A stretch of DNA of 57,570 bases, taken from positions 1-57,570 of the forward strand of contig JAFMIZ010000006.1 in assembly GCA_017853715.1 (NCBI GenBank), given 5' to 3'. Made by a program: the position numbers and the translations under genes. Below are positions 29,036 through 38,569 of the stretch, piece after piece. The notes beneath the pieces are model-generated. The model had not been told where the DNA came from and did no database searches. It saw nothing but the letters and a program-made list of their open reading frames with translations. Source of the stretch: Pedosphaera sp. (GTDB lineage Bacteria > Verrucomicrobiota > Verrucomicrobiia > Limisphaerales > DSYF01). Within the stretch, counting starts at the first letter, position 1. Each line of letters starts with the position of its first letter.

Positions 29036-30583
29036 ATGAACATTCAACGGCTCATCATACTCGTCTTCGTGGTCTTCGCAGCAGTGCACACGCTAGCCAA
29101 CGGCAAGGCTGAACACACCGTGTTGGTCGTGTGGGATGGCATGAGGCCTGATTTCGTTTCGCCGGAACTCACCCCCACGCTCTGGCAACTGCGCACCAAC
29201 GGAGTGTGGTTTGCCAATCATCATTCCGCGTATCCCACCTCCACCAAGGTCAACGGCGCCACACTCGCGACGGGTCTGTATCCACAACATCACAACATAC
29301 TCGGCAATTCCGAATACCGACCGCAGATTGATCCCTTTTCCTCGTTTGGAACCGACAATCTCAAACAGGTGCGCCTGGGTGATGCGTTGATGGGCAACAA
29401 GTATTTGGGCGGCCCCACCTTGGCCGAGTTGGTTGCCGCTCAACGACAGAGCACCGCCGTGGCGGGAACCAAGGAAGTTGCGTTGTTCCAGGACCGCCTG
29501 CCACGCGCTGACACCGGCTCGACCAATCCCGTGTTGTTCCGCGATGACACCTTGCCCCATTCGCTCTGGGATGAGTTGGTCAAAAGGCTCGGCAAACCTC
29601 CCGAATCCAAATCTCCGAATGAACAACGCGACCTCTGGACGACCCGGGCGTTGACCCGGGTGATATGGGAGAAACAAATACCCCGCTATTCACTGCTGTG
29701 GTTGAGCGAACCCGACCTGACCCAGCACAAACACGGTCCCGGTTCGCGGGAGGCGCTGGATGCCATTCGTGGTTCTGACCGCAATCTTGCCCATGTGCTG
29801 GACGCGCTGGCGAAGCACGGCAAACGCGACAAGACCGACCTGATTGTCATCTCAGACCATGGATTCTCCAGCATCACGGCCAATGCTGACGTTAAGAAGA
29901 TTCTTCAGCGGGCCGGATTGAAGGTCGAACAGAAGTTTGAACACCCACCCCGGCAAGGAGACATCCTGATGGTGGGCCTCGGCGGCTCCGCCCTGCTCTA
30001 CGTCATCGGCCATGGCACCAATGTGATCCAGCGCGCCGTCACCGCGCTCCAACAAGAGCCGACCACCGGCGTCATCTGCACACGGCTGGCGTTGCCCGGC
30101 ACCTTTCCGCTGTCGGAAGTGCGCCTGGATGCACCGCATGCGCCTGACATCATCATTTCGTTCAACTGGAATCGCAGTCCGGTTGGTCAAACCGCTGGGT
30201 CATTGGCGCACGAAGCGAACGCGGACGCCAAAATCACCGGCGGCACTCACACTTCCTTGTCACCCTTCGACACTCATAACCTCTGTGTAGCAGCGGGCCC
30301 GGATTTTCGCGTGGGCGTCACCAACACCACCCCAACTGGCAACATCGACATCATGCCTACCATCAGTTGGCTGCTGGGTATCACACCAAAACCAAAGACG
30401 GACGGACGCGTCATGATGGAGGTGCTGACCCGATCCACCGGCGACGCGCCCAAAACAACGACACGCACGCTGCAAACCAGCATCACAGTTCCCCGGGGCG
30501 AATGGTCGCAACACCTCACCATCACAGAGGTGGAAGGAGTCCGTTACCTTGATGAAGGGAACGGTGAGTTTAAAGCAAAGTAA
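29036..30583 (+). CDS. Alkaline phosphatase superfamily / nucleotide pyrophosphatase-phosphodiesterase
   Basis: Signal peptide, VWDGMRPD, YPTSTKVN (Thr nucleophile), EPDLTQH, SDHG. Confidence 0.87.
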   Translation: MNIQRLIILVFVVFAAVHTLANGKAEHTVLVVWDGMRPDFVSPELTPTLWQLRTNGVWFANHHSAYPTSTKVNGATLATGLYPQHHNILGNSEYRPQIDPFSSFGTDNLKQVRLGDALMGNKYLGGPTLAELVAAQRQSTAVAGTKEVALFQDRLPRADTGSTNPVLFRDDTLPHSLWDELVKRLGKPPESKSPNEQRDLWTTRALTRVIWEKQIPRYSLLWLSEPDLTQHKHGPGSREALDAIRGSDRNLAHVLDALAKHGKRDKTDLIVISDHGFSSITANADVKKILQRAGLKVEQKFEHPPRQGDILMVGLGGSALLYVIGHGTNVIQRAVTALQQEPTTGVICTRLALPGTFPLSEVRLDAPHAPDIIISFNWNRSPVGQTAGSLAHEANADAKITGGTHTSLSPFDTHNLCVAAGPDFRVGVTNTTPTGNIDIMPTISWLLGITPKPKTDGRVMMEVLTRSTGDAPKTTTRTLQTSITVPRGEWSQHLTITEVEGVRYLDEGNGEFKAK

Positions 30584-30644
30584 CGGCGCCGGCTGGACGG
30601 CTTTTTCCTTTTGCGGCATTTCGCGGGTTGGCAGTATCGCGTTG

Positions 30645-31247
30645 ATGGGCATATCGCTTCAGCAGTTCGAGCAGATGAAGGCGCGCGTCACCGCGCCACG
30701 CCGGAAGGTTGTCTCTGCCGAACTTGTTTCAACCCGTCGCACTGCCAATCAAATCATCCTCGGCATCGATCCATCATTGCGCGGCACGGGCTTTGGCGTC
30801 ATCAGCACGACTCGCCGAGAAATCCGCATGCTCACATGCGGAACCATCAAGTGCGCCGCCACGTTGGAGCGCTCACGTTGTCTCGCCAAGATTTCGCAGA
30901 CGTTGCACGAGGTCATCCAAACCCACAAACCGACCTTGTGCGCGATCGAAGGACTGTTCTTCGCCCAAAACCTGCAGACCGCGCTGATCATGGGTGAAGC
31001 ACGCGGCGCGGCGATGGCAGTCGTTGCCGAGGCGGGTTTGGAGATCTACGAAATCGCCCCGCGCAAAGTGAAGCAGGCCATCGTGGGTTACGGCGCAGCC
31101 CAAAAGCTGGCCGTGGCCAAGATGGTCCAGCGCATGATAAATCTCCCTGAACTCCCTGCCCCGGACGCCGCCGACGCACTCGCGCTGGCGCTGACTTACG
31201 CCCAAACGAACTCTGGGCGAGGCTTGGGCGCTCCGAAACGTATCTGA
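30645..31247 (+). CDS. ruvC: Holliday junction resolvase RuvC
   Basis: ILGIDPS..GTG, IEGLFF, GEARG, VKQAIVGYG.A.K, DAADALA. Confidence 0.93.
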   Translation: MGISLQQFEQMKARVTAPRRKVVSAELVSTRRTANQIILGIDPSLRGTGFGVISTTRREIRMLTCGTIKCAATLERSRCLAKISQTLHEVIQTHKPTLCAIEGLFFAQNLQTALIMGEARGAAMAVVAEAGLEIYEIAPRKVKQAIVGYGAAQKLAVAKMVQRMINLPELPAPDAADALALALTYAQTNSGRGLGAPKRI

Positions 31248-31249
31248 CC

Positions 31250-31852
31250 ATGATCACCTTCCTCCGCGGCAAACTCGTCGAATCCCTACCCACCCAAGCC
31301 ATCGTGGACGTGAACGGCGTGGGCTACGAAGTGCTGATCCCACTCTCGTCATTCGACAAACTGCCTTCACCCGGCGGCGACGTGACCATGCTCACCCACC
31401 TCGCCGTGCGCGAGGATGCCCACGTGCTTTACGGATTCATGACCTCTGCCGAGCGCGACTTGTTCCGCCTGCTCATCAACACTGTCAGTGGTATCGGACC
31501 CAAGATTGCATTGAACGTCCTGAGCGGCATGAATGTGCCCGCCTTTCGCGGTGCGGTGGCCAATGGCGACGTCAAATCGCTCTCCCAGATCTCCGGCGTC
31601 GGACGGAAAACCGCTGAGCGCATCGTCGTCGAACTCAAGGACAAGGTCGGTGCTGCGGGCGCTTGGGAGGCCGCCAGTGACCAGCGCAGTCTGAGTGCCG
31701 GCGATCAAAAGGTGAATGACGCCGTGCTGGCCCTCATGGCACTGGGCTTCAAGCAACCCGATGCCCACGAATCCGTGCGCGCCGCGCTCGCGGTCCTCGG
31801 CGAGACCGCCACGGTGGAACAACTCGTCCGCGCCTGTTTGAAGAAAGGTTAG
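31250..31852 (+). CDS. ruvA: Holliday junction branch migration protein RuvA
   Basis: MITFLRG, GVGYEV, VREDAHVLYGF, SGIGPK, GVGRKTAERIVVELK. Confidence 0.97.
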   Translation: MITFLRGKLVESLPTQAIVDVNGVGYEVLIPLSSFDKLPSPGGDVTMLTHLAVREDAHVLYGFMTSAERDLFRLLINTVSGIGPKIALNVLSGMNVPAFRGAVANGDVKSLSQISGVGRKTAERIVVELKDKVGAAGAWEAASDQRSLSAGDQKVNDAVLALMALGFKQPDAHESVRAALAVLGETATVEQLVRACLKKG

Positions 31853-31854
31853 CG

Positions 31855-32571
31855 ATGTCCGAAGCCACCGCCAGTTCAACGCCCGCGCCACGCAAACGTG
31901 TCAGCGGCGTGGTCGTGCCGAATGCACCTACGCGCCTTCAACGCGGCGTGGCATGGCTGATTGGCACTGCCCTTAGGCTGCTGGCGGCGACGCTCCGTTA
32001 TCGGGTGAACGGCAAGTCCGGCCCATTCGAGCTTCCATCCGAGCCCCTGATCTTCGCGCTATGGCATAATCGCCTCGCACTGTGCATGAAGTTATACCGC
32101 AGCTACGGGCGACCCGAGCGCCCCAATGACCGCCTTGCCGCACTCATCAGCGCCAGCAAAGACGGAGCGTTGCTCGCCGCGTTGCTGGAAAACTATCGGG
32201 TGCAACCCGTTCGCGGCTCCTCCAGTCGTCGTGGTGCGCAGGCACTGGTTGAACTGACCTCCTGGGCTGAACGCGGCTACGACATTGCCGTCACTCCCGA
32301 CGGCCCGCGTGGCCCCTGCTATGTGATGCAGCCCGGCGTGATGACGCTCGCGCAAGTCACCGGATTGGCTGTCCTTCCATGTTCCTACCACTTGAACTGG
32401 AAAATCCGTCTCAAAAGCTGGGACCGCTTTCAAATCCCCCTGCCCTTTGCACGCTGTGACATTCACACTGGCGACTTGATCCGCGTTCCGCGCGACGCCA
32501 GCGAACCCGACCGCGACCGCCTGCGTCAACAGCTCCAGGACGCCCTCATGGCCATCAGCCACGACGACTGA
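31855..32571 (+). CDS. DUF374 / lysophospholipid acyltransferase-like protein
   Basis: ALWH, LISASKDG, VRGSSSR.G, VTPDGPRGP, SWDRFQIPLPF. Confidence 0.88.
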   Translation: MSEATASSTPAPRKRVSGVVVPNAPTRLQRGVAWLIGTALRLLAATLRYRVNGKSGPFELPSEPLIFALWHNRLALCMKLYRSYGRPERPNDRLAALISASKDGALLAALLENYRVQPVRGSSSRRGAQALVELTSWAERGYDIAVTPDGPRGPCYVMQPGVMTLAQVTGLAVLPCSYHLNWKIRLKSWDRFQIPLPFARCDIHTGDLIRVPRDASEPDRDRLRQQLQDALMAISHDD

Positions 32572-32616
32572 CTTTCGTCCTCGCCCTCCTTCTCGTCCCT
32601 CTCTTGGACAATTCGG

Positions 32617-33492
32617 CTACCCCAGCCGCGCCAGCTCTGCTGCATACCCTTCCCGAAACGTGGGAAACCGAAACGAGTAACCCAGCGCGTCCTTCAGCTT
32701 CCGATTGCTCAGTCGCTTGTCGCTGGCCCCACGCTTGCGGTTTGCCTCCGCGCTTGCGGGTGCCTTTGGCGGCAGATCACGACTCAACTTTTCCGCCAGC
32801 CAGACAAAGAACTCGCGCTGCCTCAGCGGTTCATCATCCACGGCATTGTAAACCTCACCCGGGACGCCGCGTTCCAGCGCGGCCATGATGCACCCTGCCA
32901 CGTCATCACGGTGAATCATGTTCAAGTGTCGATTGCCCTCACCTTCGATGCGTGCCTCGCCCGCGAGAAATTGACGCAGATACCAGCTTCGCCCGGGGCC
33001 ATAGATCCCTGCCACGCGCAACACCACGGCCGGAAAGCCTTGCTCGCGCGCCGCAGCAAGAAAGACCTGCTCCGCCTCCAGCAGCACGCGACTCGTCTCC
33101 GCAGCTGGATCCGTCGCGGATGTTTCATCCACCCAAGAGCCATCGTTCTGCCCATAAACACCGGTGCTGCTGGTGTAAACCATCTTGGTCGGCGGAGATT
33201 CACGCAACCACTCGACGAGATTCTGCGCTCCCTGCCGATAGACCCGGCGATAATCGTCCGCCCCACCATGCGATGACGAGACACAGTTCACCACCCAGTC
33301 ATATTGTCGCGGCAGCGAGTTCAGTGTGGACGGCTCGGTGATGTCCCCTTTAAGCGCGTTGATTCCAGCCGCACGCAACTCACCCGAGCTGTCGCCGCTC
33401 CGACGCAACCCGAACACCTCGTGACCGTTGGCGACAAATTGCCGCCCAAGCTCGAGGCCGATATATCCGGGTCCGACGATCAAAACACGCAT
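32617..33492 (-). CDS. NAD-dependent epimerase/dehydratase (atypical SDR, YeeZ-like)
   Basis: VLIVGPGYIG, YTSSTGVYG, LRVAGIYGPGR, IHRDD, FPTFREG. Confidence 0.9.
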   Translation of the reverse strand: MRVLIVGPGYIGLELGRQFVANGHEVFGLRRSGDSSGELRAAGINALKGDITEPSTLNSLPRQYDWVVNCVSSSHGGADDYRRVYRQGAQNLVEWLRESPPTKMVYTSSTGVYGQNDGSWVDETSATDPAAETSRVLLEAEQVFLAAAREQGFPAVVLRVAGIYGPGRSWYLRQFLAGEARIEGEGNRHLNMIHRDDVAGCIMAALERGVPGEVYNAVDDEPLRQREFFVWLAEKLSRDLPPKAPASAEANRKRGASDKRLSNRKLKDALGYSFRFPTFREGYAAELARLG

Positions 33493-33567
33493 CAAAGGAG
33501 TTAAGCGCAAAGCTGCAGGCGCGCAAAGAGCCTTTGTTTCTGTAATGACAACGATTACTTTTCCGCA

Positions 33568-36300
33568 GTGGCCGGGACATCAACAACTCAAAATCAGTCG
33601 CAGGACGCGGAATCCGCTGCGCGTTCCGAGTTCCGCGCTCCACGCGTACCGGAGTTACTCGCGCCCGCCGGCGACTGGGAATGCGCCAAGGCAGCCGTCG
33701 AGAACGGTGCCGACGCCATTTACTTCGGTCTGGATCGCTTCAACGCGCGGATGCGGGCGCACAATTTCACCGAGGCCGATCTGCCCAGGCTGATGGAGTT
33801 CCTGCACCGCCGGGGCGTGCGCGGCTACGTGACCATGAACACGCTGGTGTTCGAGAACGAGCTGGCCGACGCGGAAAAATACCTGCGCAGCATCATCGCC
33901 GCTGGTGTGGATGCCGCCATCGTGCAGGATGTGGGCATCTGCCGCCTGATCCGCGACATCTCGCCCGACTTCCCGATTCATGCCTCAACGCAGATGACCA
34001 TCACCAGTCCTGCCGGGGTTGAATTCGCCCGGGAACTCGGCTGCAGCCTCGTTGTCCTCGCTCGCGAGCTTTCGATCAATGAAATTGGGAAGATCAATTC
34101 CGCGTTCCCCGTTCCGCACTCCGCATTGCCTTTGGAGGTTTTCGTCCACGGCGCATTATGCGTGGCTTACTCAGGTCAATGTCTCACCAGCGAGTCCCTC
34201 GGCGGACGCTCTGCCAATCGCGGAGAATGCGCCCAAGCCTGCCGCATGCCCTACGATTTGCACTCGGACGGCAAGCTCGTTCCCCTCGGTGACCGCCGTT
34301 ACCTGCTCAGTCCGCAAGACTTGGCGGGCATTGAAGTGCTCCCCGAGCTCGCCGCCGTGGGTGTGGCTTCACTGAAGATTGAGGGCCGCCTGAAAGCCCC
34401 GGAATACGTGGCCAACATCACCCGCGTCTATCGGAATGCACTCAACAAGCTTGGTGGTAGCCGACGTGAGGAGGCCCACTCTGAAAAGTCTGAAGTAAAA
34501 CTTGGAACTCCTCACGTCGTCCCCTACCAGCTCACAGAGGCCGATCAATACTCCCTTGAGATGGCTTTCAGCCGCGGCCTCTACACCGGCTGGTTCGGCG
34601 GCATCAACAATCAGGAACTCGTCCATGCGCGCTTTGGCAAGAAACGCGGCGTGTATCTCGGGGCCGTGACACGCGTTTACCGCGATGCAATCGAAGTCGT
34701 GCTTGAATCCGCACTCAAACCCGGCGACGGCGTGGTCTTCGACGCCGGTCGCCCGGAAGAAAAGGAGGAGGGCGGACGCGTCTATGAAGTGCGGGACTCG
34801 AAACCTCAAGCCAAAAACCCAAAACCCGTCCTGCTTGCTTTCGGTCACGGCCATATCAATTACGACCGGATCAACGAAGGAGACAAGCTCTGGAAAACCA
34901 GCGATCCCGAACTGGAGAAGCGTTGGCGGCAAAGCTTCGAGGGCGACACACCCAAATTCACGCGCCCGGTGTCCCTCGAAGTCCACGGACTCGCCGGCAA
35001 GCCGCTGACTCTGATTGCGCGCGATGAGTTTGGTCACGTGGCGCAGGCCGCCTCAACCATGCCGCTGGCCATCGCCGAGAAGCAGCCACTCTCGACCGAG
35101 CGCTTGCGCGATCAACTGGGACGACTCGGCGGCACGCCATTTCACTTGGGTGATTTGGATAATAAGTTGGAGGGTGCAGTGATGCTCCCCGTCAGCGAAC
35201 TGAACCGTCTCCGTCGCGAAGCAGCAGCGGAACTCGAGCGGCAACGAGCATTGCCAACGCGGTGGACGCTGAATCAGGGCGGCACCGGGCTCCGGCCGGT
35301 TGTTTCGGGCGTCCCGCCCGAAACCGGGGAGACGCCCACGCTGACTCGACACGCGCAACCCTCAACCAACGCCACGTCGCTGGCAGAATTCCGGCGGGAC
35401 GCCGGAATTAACCCGCGAGACGTGGGTGCCACCTTGATTGTATTGGTCCGCTCCCTGCCCCAGCTGGAAGCGGCGTTGAAGTGTGGGATCACGACCCTCT
35501 ACTGCGACTTCGAGAGCCCGAAGAAGTATCGCGAAGCCGTCACGCTCTACCACACCGCCCGCGGCTGCTCGGTCCATCAACCAACAACCAACCGCCATCA
35601 AGCCGGTATTTTCGTCGCCCCCCCACGGATCTTCAAACCCGGCGAGGAATGGACGCTCGAACAAGTCCGCTCCTGCAATGCCGATGGCTACCTCGTCCGC
35701 AACTACGAACACCTGCGCTACTTCGCCAATGACCGGCGCGTCGGTGATTTTTCGCTGAACGTCGCCAACCGTCTCTCCTCCGATTATTTCCGGAACAAGT
35801 TTGGACTGGAACGCGTCACCGCCAGCTACGACCTGAACTTCCAGCAGTTGGAGGCGCTGCTACAGGGTGCGCCGCCGGAGTGGTTCGAGATCACCATTCA
35901 CCAGCACATGCCGATGTTTCACATGGAGCACTGCGTGTTCTGCGCGTTCCTTTCCAGCGGCAAGGACTACCACGACTGCGGCCGCCCCTGCGACAAGCAC
36001 GACGTGCGCCTCCGCGACCGCGTGGGCATGGAACATCCGCTCAAGGCCGACGTCGGCTGCCGGAACACCGTCTTCAACTCTCAGGCCCAGACCGGCGCCG
36101 AATATGTGGAGCGCATGTTGATGCTGGGCGTCCGCCAGTTCCGCGCGGAGTTCTTGAACGAATCACCCACCGAGGTCGCAACGACCATCGCTAAATATCG
36201 CCAGCTGCTGCGCGGCGAAATCACCGGCACCCAGCTCTGGCGCGAACTCAAGCTGCACAACCAACTGGGTGTCACCCGCGGCCAGATGGGGAATGTGTAG
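33568..36300 (+). CDS. U32 family protein with DUF3656-like region (RlhA-like RNA hydroxylation protein), containing repeat-derived inserts
   Basis: PELLAPAG, GADAIY.G, HASTQ, LAREL, EVFVHGALCVAYSGQC, SANRGECAQACR, SLKIEGR. Confidence 0.9.
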   Translation: MAGTSTTQNQSQDAESAARSEFRAPRVPELLAPAGDWECAKAAVENGADAIYFGLDRFNARMRAHNFTEADLPRLMEFLHRRGVRGYVTMNTLVFENELADAEKYLRSIIAAGVDAAIVQDVGICRLIRDISPDFPIHASTQMTITSPAGVEFARELGCSLVVLARELSINEIGKINSAFPVPHSALPLEVFVHGALCVAYSGQCLTSESLGGRSANRGECAQACRMPYDLHSDGKLVPLGDRRYLLSPQDLAGIEVLPELAAVGVASLKIEGRLKAPEYVANITRVYRNALNKLGGSRREEAHSEKSEVKLGTPHVVPYQLTEADQYSLEMAFSRGLYTGWFGGINNQELVHARFGKKRGVYLGAVTRVYRDAIEVVLESALKPGDGVVFDAGRPEEKEEGGRVYEVRDSKPQAKNPKPVLLAFGHGHINYDRINEGDKLWKTSDPELEKRWRQSFEGDTPKFTRPVSLEVHGLAGKPLTLIARDEFGHVAQAASTMPLAIAEKQPLSTERLRDQLGRLGGTPFHLGDLDNKLEGAVMLPVSELNRLRREAAAELERQRALPTRWTLNQGGTGLRPVVSGVPPETGETPTLTRHAQPSTNATSLAEFRRDAGINPRDVGATLIVLVRSLPQLEAALKCGITTLYCDFESPKKYREAVTLYHTARGCSVHQPTTNRHQAGIFVAPPRIFKPGEEWTLEQVRSCNADGYLVRNYEHLRYFANDRRVGDFSLNVANRLSSDYFRNKFGLERVTASYDLNFQQLEALLQGAPPEWFEITIHQHMPMFHMEHCVFCAFLSSGKDYHDCGRPCDKHDVRLRDRVGMEHPLKADVGCRNTVFNSQAQTGAEYVERMLMLGVRQFRAEFLNESPTEVATTIAKYRQLLRGEITGTQLWRELKLHNQLGVTRGQMGNV
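34455..34529. repeat. GTAG-ended REP-like element inserted in frame in the U32 gene (family C)
   Basis: Perfect 12-bp IR CGACGTGAGGAG (34462-34473) / CTCCTCACGTCG (34508-34519), flanked by TGGTAG / CTACCA. Confidence 0.75.
35277..35433. repeat. Family A palindromic element inserted in frame in the U32 gene
   Basis: Ends GGCGGCACC / GGTGCCACC; perfect 10-bp hairpins at 35302-35324 (loop TCC) and 35387-35409 (loop GGA); resembles 2299-2427. Confidence 0.8.
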
Positions 36301-36317
36301 CGGCTGCATCACCCAGA

Positions 36318-36416
36318 AAAGCGGCAGAGGTCCGCCGCACTCCCGAACGCTGCACGACATTGCAAGGCGCACCTTTCGCGGCAACGTCGCAGACTCCGCC
36401 AGCCCTCTGGCGCTTT
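36318..36416. repeat. REP-like element between convergent U32 and pdxA genes (family D)
   Basis: Terminal IR AAAGCGGCAGAGG / CCTCTGGCGCTTT (12 of 13 match). Confidence 0.7.
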
Positions 36417-36417
36417 G

Positions 36418-37389
36418 CTACTTCGCATTTAATCCAGCCAGCTGCTTCGCCAACCGGATGGCCGCGATCATAGAGGAGGGATTCGCGATGCCCTTGCCGA
36501 CGAGGTCGTAGGCGGTGCCGTGGTCGGGGGAGGTGCGGATGAAGGGGAGGCCGAGTGTCCAGTTCACGCCATTGTCGAACGCAGCCAGCTTCAACGGCGC
36601 AAGGCCCTGATCATGATACATTGCCACGACGGCATCGTAGGAGCCGTGCAAAGCGTGATGAAACACGGTGTCGCCGCTGAGCGGGCCCACCACGTCTAGT
36701 CCGTCGGAACGGGCCTGGTGGATGGCGGGGTCGATGATGCGCGATTCCTCGTCGCCAAATTCACCACCCTCGCCTGCGTGCGGATTCAAGCCGCACACCG
36801 CCACGCGACGACGCAGCAGACCGAGAAGTTCGCAGGCTTCAGCCGCACGTTCGATGGCGAGCAACACTTTCTCGGGCGTCAGCTTCACCGGCACTTCACG
36901 CAAGGCGATGTGAACCGTGGCCAGTGCCACGCGCAGCCAACGAGCGCGCTCATCAGGCCCAAGCAGCATCATGACCGTGCGGTTCACGCCCGCGCGCTCA
37001 GTGTAGAATTCAGTCTGCCCGATGAAGGGGATACCTGCACGGTTGATGGCCTCCTTGTTCACCGGCGCGGTGACCACGCCTTGAACGGCACCGTTCAAGC
37101 AAAGTTCGGCGGACTTCTCCAGCCATGCGACCGCGGCGCGGGCAGCCTGAGTGGAGCCGGACTTAAGGTCATCTGCAGCCAAACCAACCGAGTCGCAAAA
37201 CTTGATTCGCGAGGAGGACCAATCCAATCCAAGTTGCAGCTCCCGGTTGAATCGCTCCATTTGGCAGCGATCGCCGATGAGAACATACTCCGTATCGTCA
37301 GTCGGAAGTTCCACCGCCAGTGCCTTGAGGGCCACTTCCGGCCCGATGCCTGAAGGATCGCCCAGCGTAATGGCGAGACGGGCTGGCAT
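36418..37389 (-). CDS. pdxA: 4-hydroxythreonine-4-phosphate dehydrogenase
   Basis: GDPSGIGPE, TAPVNK, GLNPHAGE.G..G.EE, AMYHDQGL, RTSPDHGTA. Confidence 0.95.
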   Translation of the reverse strand: MPARLAITLGDPSGIGPEVALKALAVELPTDDTEYVLIGDRCQMERFNRELQLGLDWSSSRIKFCDSVGLAADDLKSGSTQAARAAVAWLEKSAELCLNGAVQGVVTAPVNKEAINRAGIPFIGQTEFYTERAGVNRTVMMLLGPDERARWLRVALATVHIALREVPVKLTPEKVLLAIERAAEACELLGLLRRRVAVCGLNPHAGEGGEFGDEESRIIDPAIHQARSDGLDVVGPLSGDTVFHHALHGSYDAVVAMYHDQGLAPLKLAAFDNGVNWTLGLPFIRTSPDHGTAYDLVGKGIANPSSMIAAIRLAKQLAGLNAK

Positions 37390-37395
37390 GGACGG

Positions 37396-38349
37396 TCAGA
37401 AGTACCGCACGAACGTCTTCTTCTTGAGCTTGTTGATGTACTCGTCGGCGAGGCGAGATTGTTCTTCGAGGGCAAGGTTGCGCTCGATTTCGTCACGCAC
37501 TTCGGCGATCGGCCGCGCATGGGCGGGCTTGGCCTCTTCAACCAGCATGATGAAGCAGGCGCTGTCGGTCTGGATGACCGGGCTGACTTCCCCAGCCTTC
37601 AAGGTGAAGGCAACGTCTGCCAACTCCTTACGCAAGGATGAACGCGTGCCCCACCCCCAGTCCCCGCCTTCGCCTCGCTGTGAACCCGTGGAATAGACCG
37701 ATGCCATCTCGGCGAACTGCACCCCCTCCTTGAGTTTGGTGATGATTTCCTCGGCGAGCTGGACGGTGTTGGTGTCATCCGCCCCGGTCTTATTGAGCAC
37801 GATCATGCGTAACTTGACCTGGTCCTCCACTTGATAATCCGCCGCGTGAGCCTTGTAATACTCCTCGATCTTTGCCGGTGAAATGACGGGGTCGGAGGGG
37901 ATGTTTTGGGAACGCAGCGCACGCACGATGATCTGATCACGGATTTGCTGGCGATACTCCTCGATGGTTTGACCGCGCGCACGGAGCGTCTGGATCATCG
38001 TCTTGCGATCGTTGAACTCGCTCTTGATCTGGTCCTGAATGGCGTCCTCGAAGTAGGACTCGGGCAGGTTGTAACCGGAGGCCTTGAAGTCTTGGAGGAC
38101 TAATTGCCGTTGCACCAACTGCTCCAAACTGGCGGCGAGCAGTTCTCCGACCTTATCATTAAACTTCTGCGGCTCGCCGCGCAGCTGGCGTCGGGCGGTC
38201 TCGATCGCCGGGGCAGCGAACAGCTCCACCTCTTGGTAGGTAATGACCGAATCGTGCACGATGGCCTTCACGCCGCTGACCAACTCAGCACGGACCATTC
38301 CTGAGAGCAGCGACGTCAGGACCAAGAGGGCATATGTTTGCCGAAACAT
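37396..38349 (-). CDS. surA: SurA-like parvulin peptidyl-prolyl isomerase
   Basis: Signal peptide, SurA N-domain, F..MA..YS.G...GG.WGW parvulin motif; directly upstream of pdxA. Confidence 0.8.
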   Translation of the reverse strand: MFRQTYALLVLTSLLSGMVRAELVSGVKAIVHDSVITYQEVELFAAPAIETARRQLRGEPQKFNDKVGELLAASLEQLVQRQLVLQDFKASGYNLPESYFEDAIQDQIKSEFNDRKTMIQTLRARGQTIEEYRQQIRDQIIVRALRSQNIPSDPVISPAKIEEYYKAHAADYQVEDQVKLRMIVLNKTGADDTNTVQLAEEIITKLKEGVQFAEMASVYSTGSQRGEGGDWGWGTRSSLRKELADVAFTLKAGEVSPVIQTDSACFIMLVEEAKPAHARPIAEVRDEIERNLALEEQSRLADEYINKLKKKTFVRYF

Positions 38350-38355
38350 GAGCGC

Positions 38356-38383
38356 ATCCTAACAACCGGACCCCCGGGGTCAA
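38356..38383 (-). promoter_or_regulatory. Sigma70-like promoter of surA (predicted leaderless transcript)
   Basis: TTGACC-16 nt-(TGt)TAGGAT, then 6 nt to ATG; no SD. Confidence 0.6.
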
Positions 38384-38400
38384 GCGCGCCACCGGGCCGC

Positions 38401-38429
38401 TTGACGCTGGCTGGGGGGATCCGTAGGGT
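38401..38429 (+). promoter_or_regulatory. Sigma70-like promoter of the aro leader / aroF
   Basis: TTGACG-17 nt-TAGGGT, then 6 nt to ATG 38436. Confidence 0.65.
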
Positions 38430-38435
38430 TGCACC

Positions 38436-38516
38436 ATGAACCCTGTCACCCGCTTCAGCTTTGTATTTGGCTTCCGGTATTTTTGGACGGAATCCACGAA
38501 CTTGCGGCAGCACTAA
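38436..38516 (+). CDS. Aromatic-rich leader peptide MNPVTRFSFVFGFRYFWTESTNLRQH
   Basis: 5 Phe, 1 Tyr and 1 Trp within codons 7-17; upstream of DAHP synthase and of a terminator. Confidence 0.82.
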   Translation: MNPVTRFSFVFGFRYFWTESTNLRQH

Positions 38517-38540
38517 AGTAGAACCCAAATGAGACCAGAC

Positions 38541-38569
38541 GCCGCAGGTCGCCACGCCTGCGGTTTTTT
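38541..38569 (+). terminator. Attenuator terminator upstream of aroF
   Basis: CCGCAGG-TCGCCACG-CCTGCGG followed by TTTTTT, about 30 nt before the aroF ATG. Confidence 0.85.

Noticed and set aside
30645-31852. RuvC as a CRISPR/TnpB nuclease; absence of adjacent ruvB
   Set aside because: Canonical cellular RuvC next to ruvA; separation from ruvB is common.
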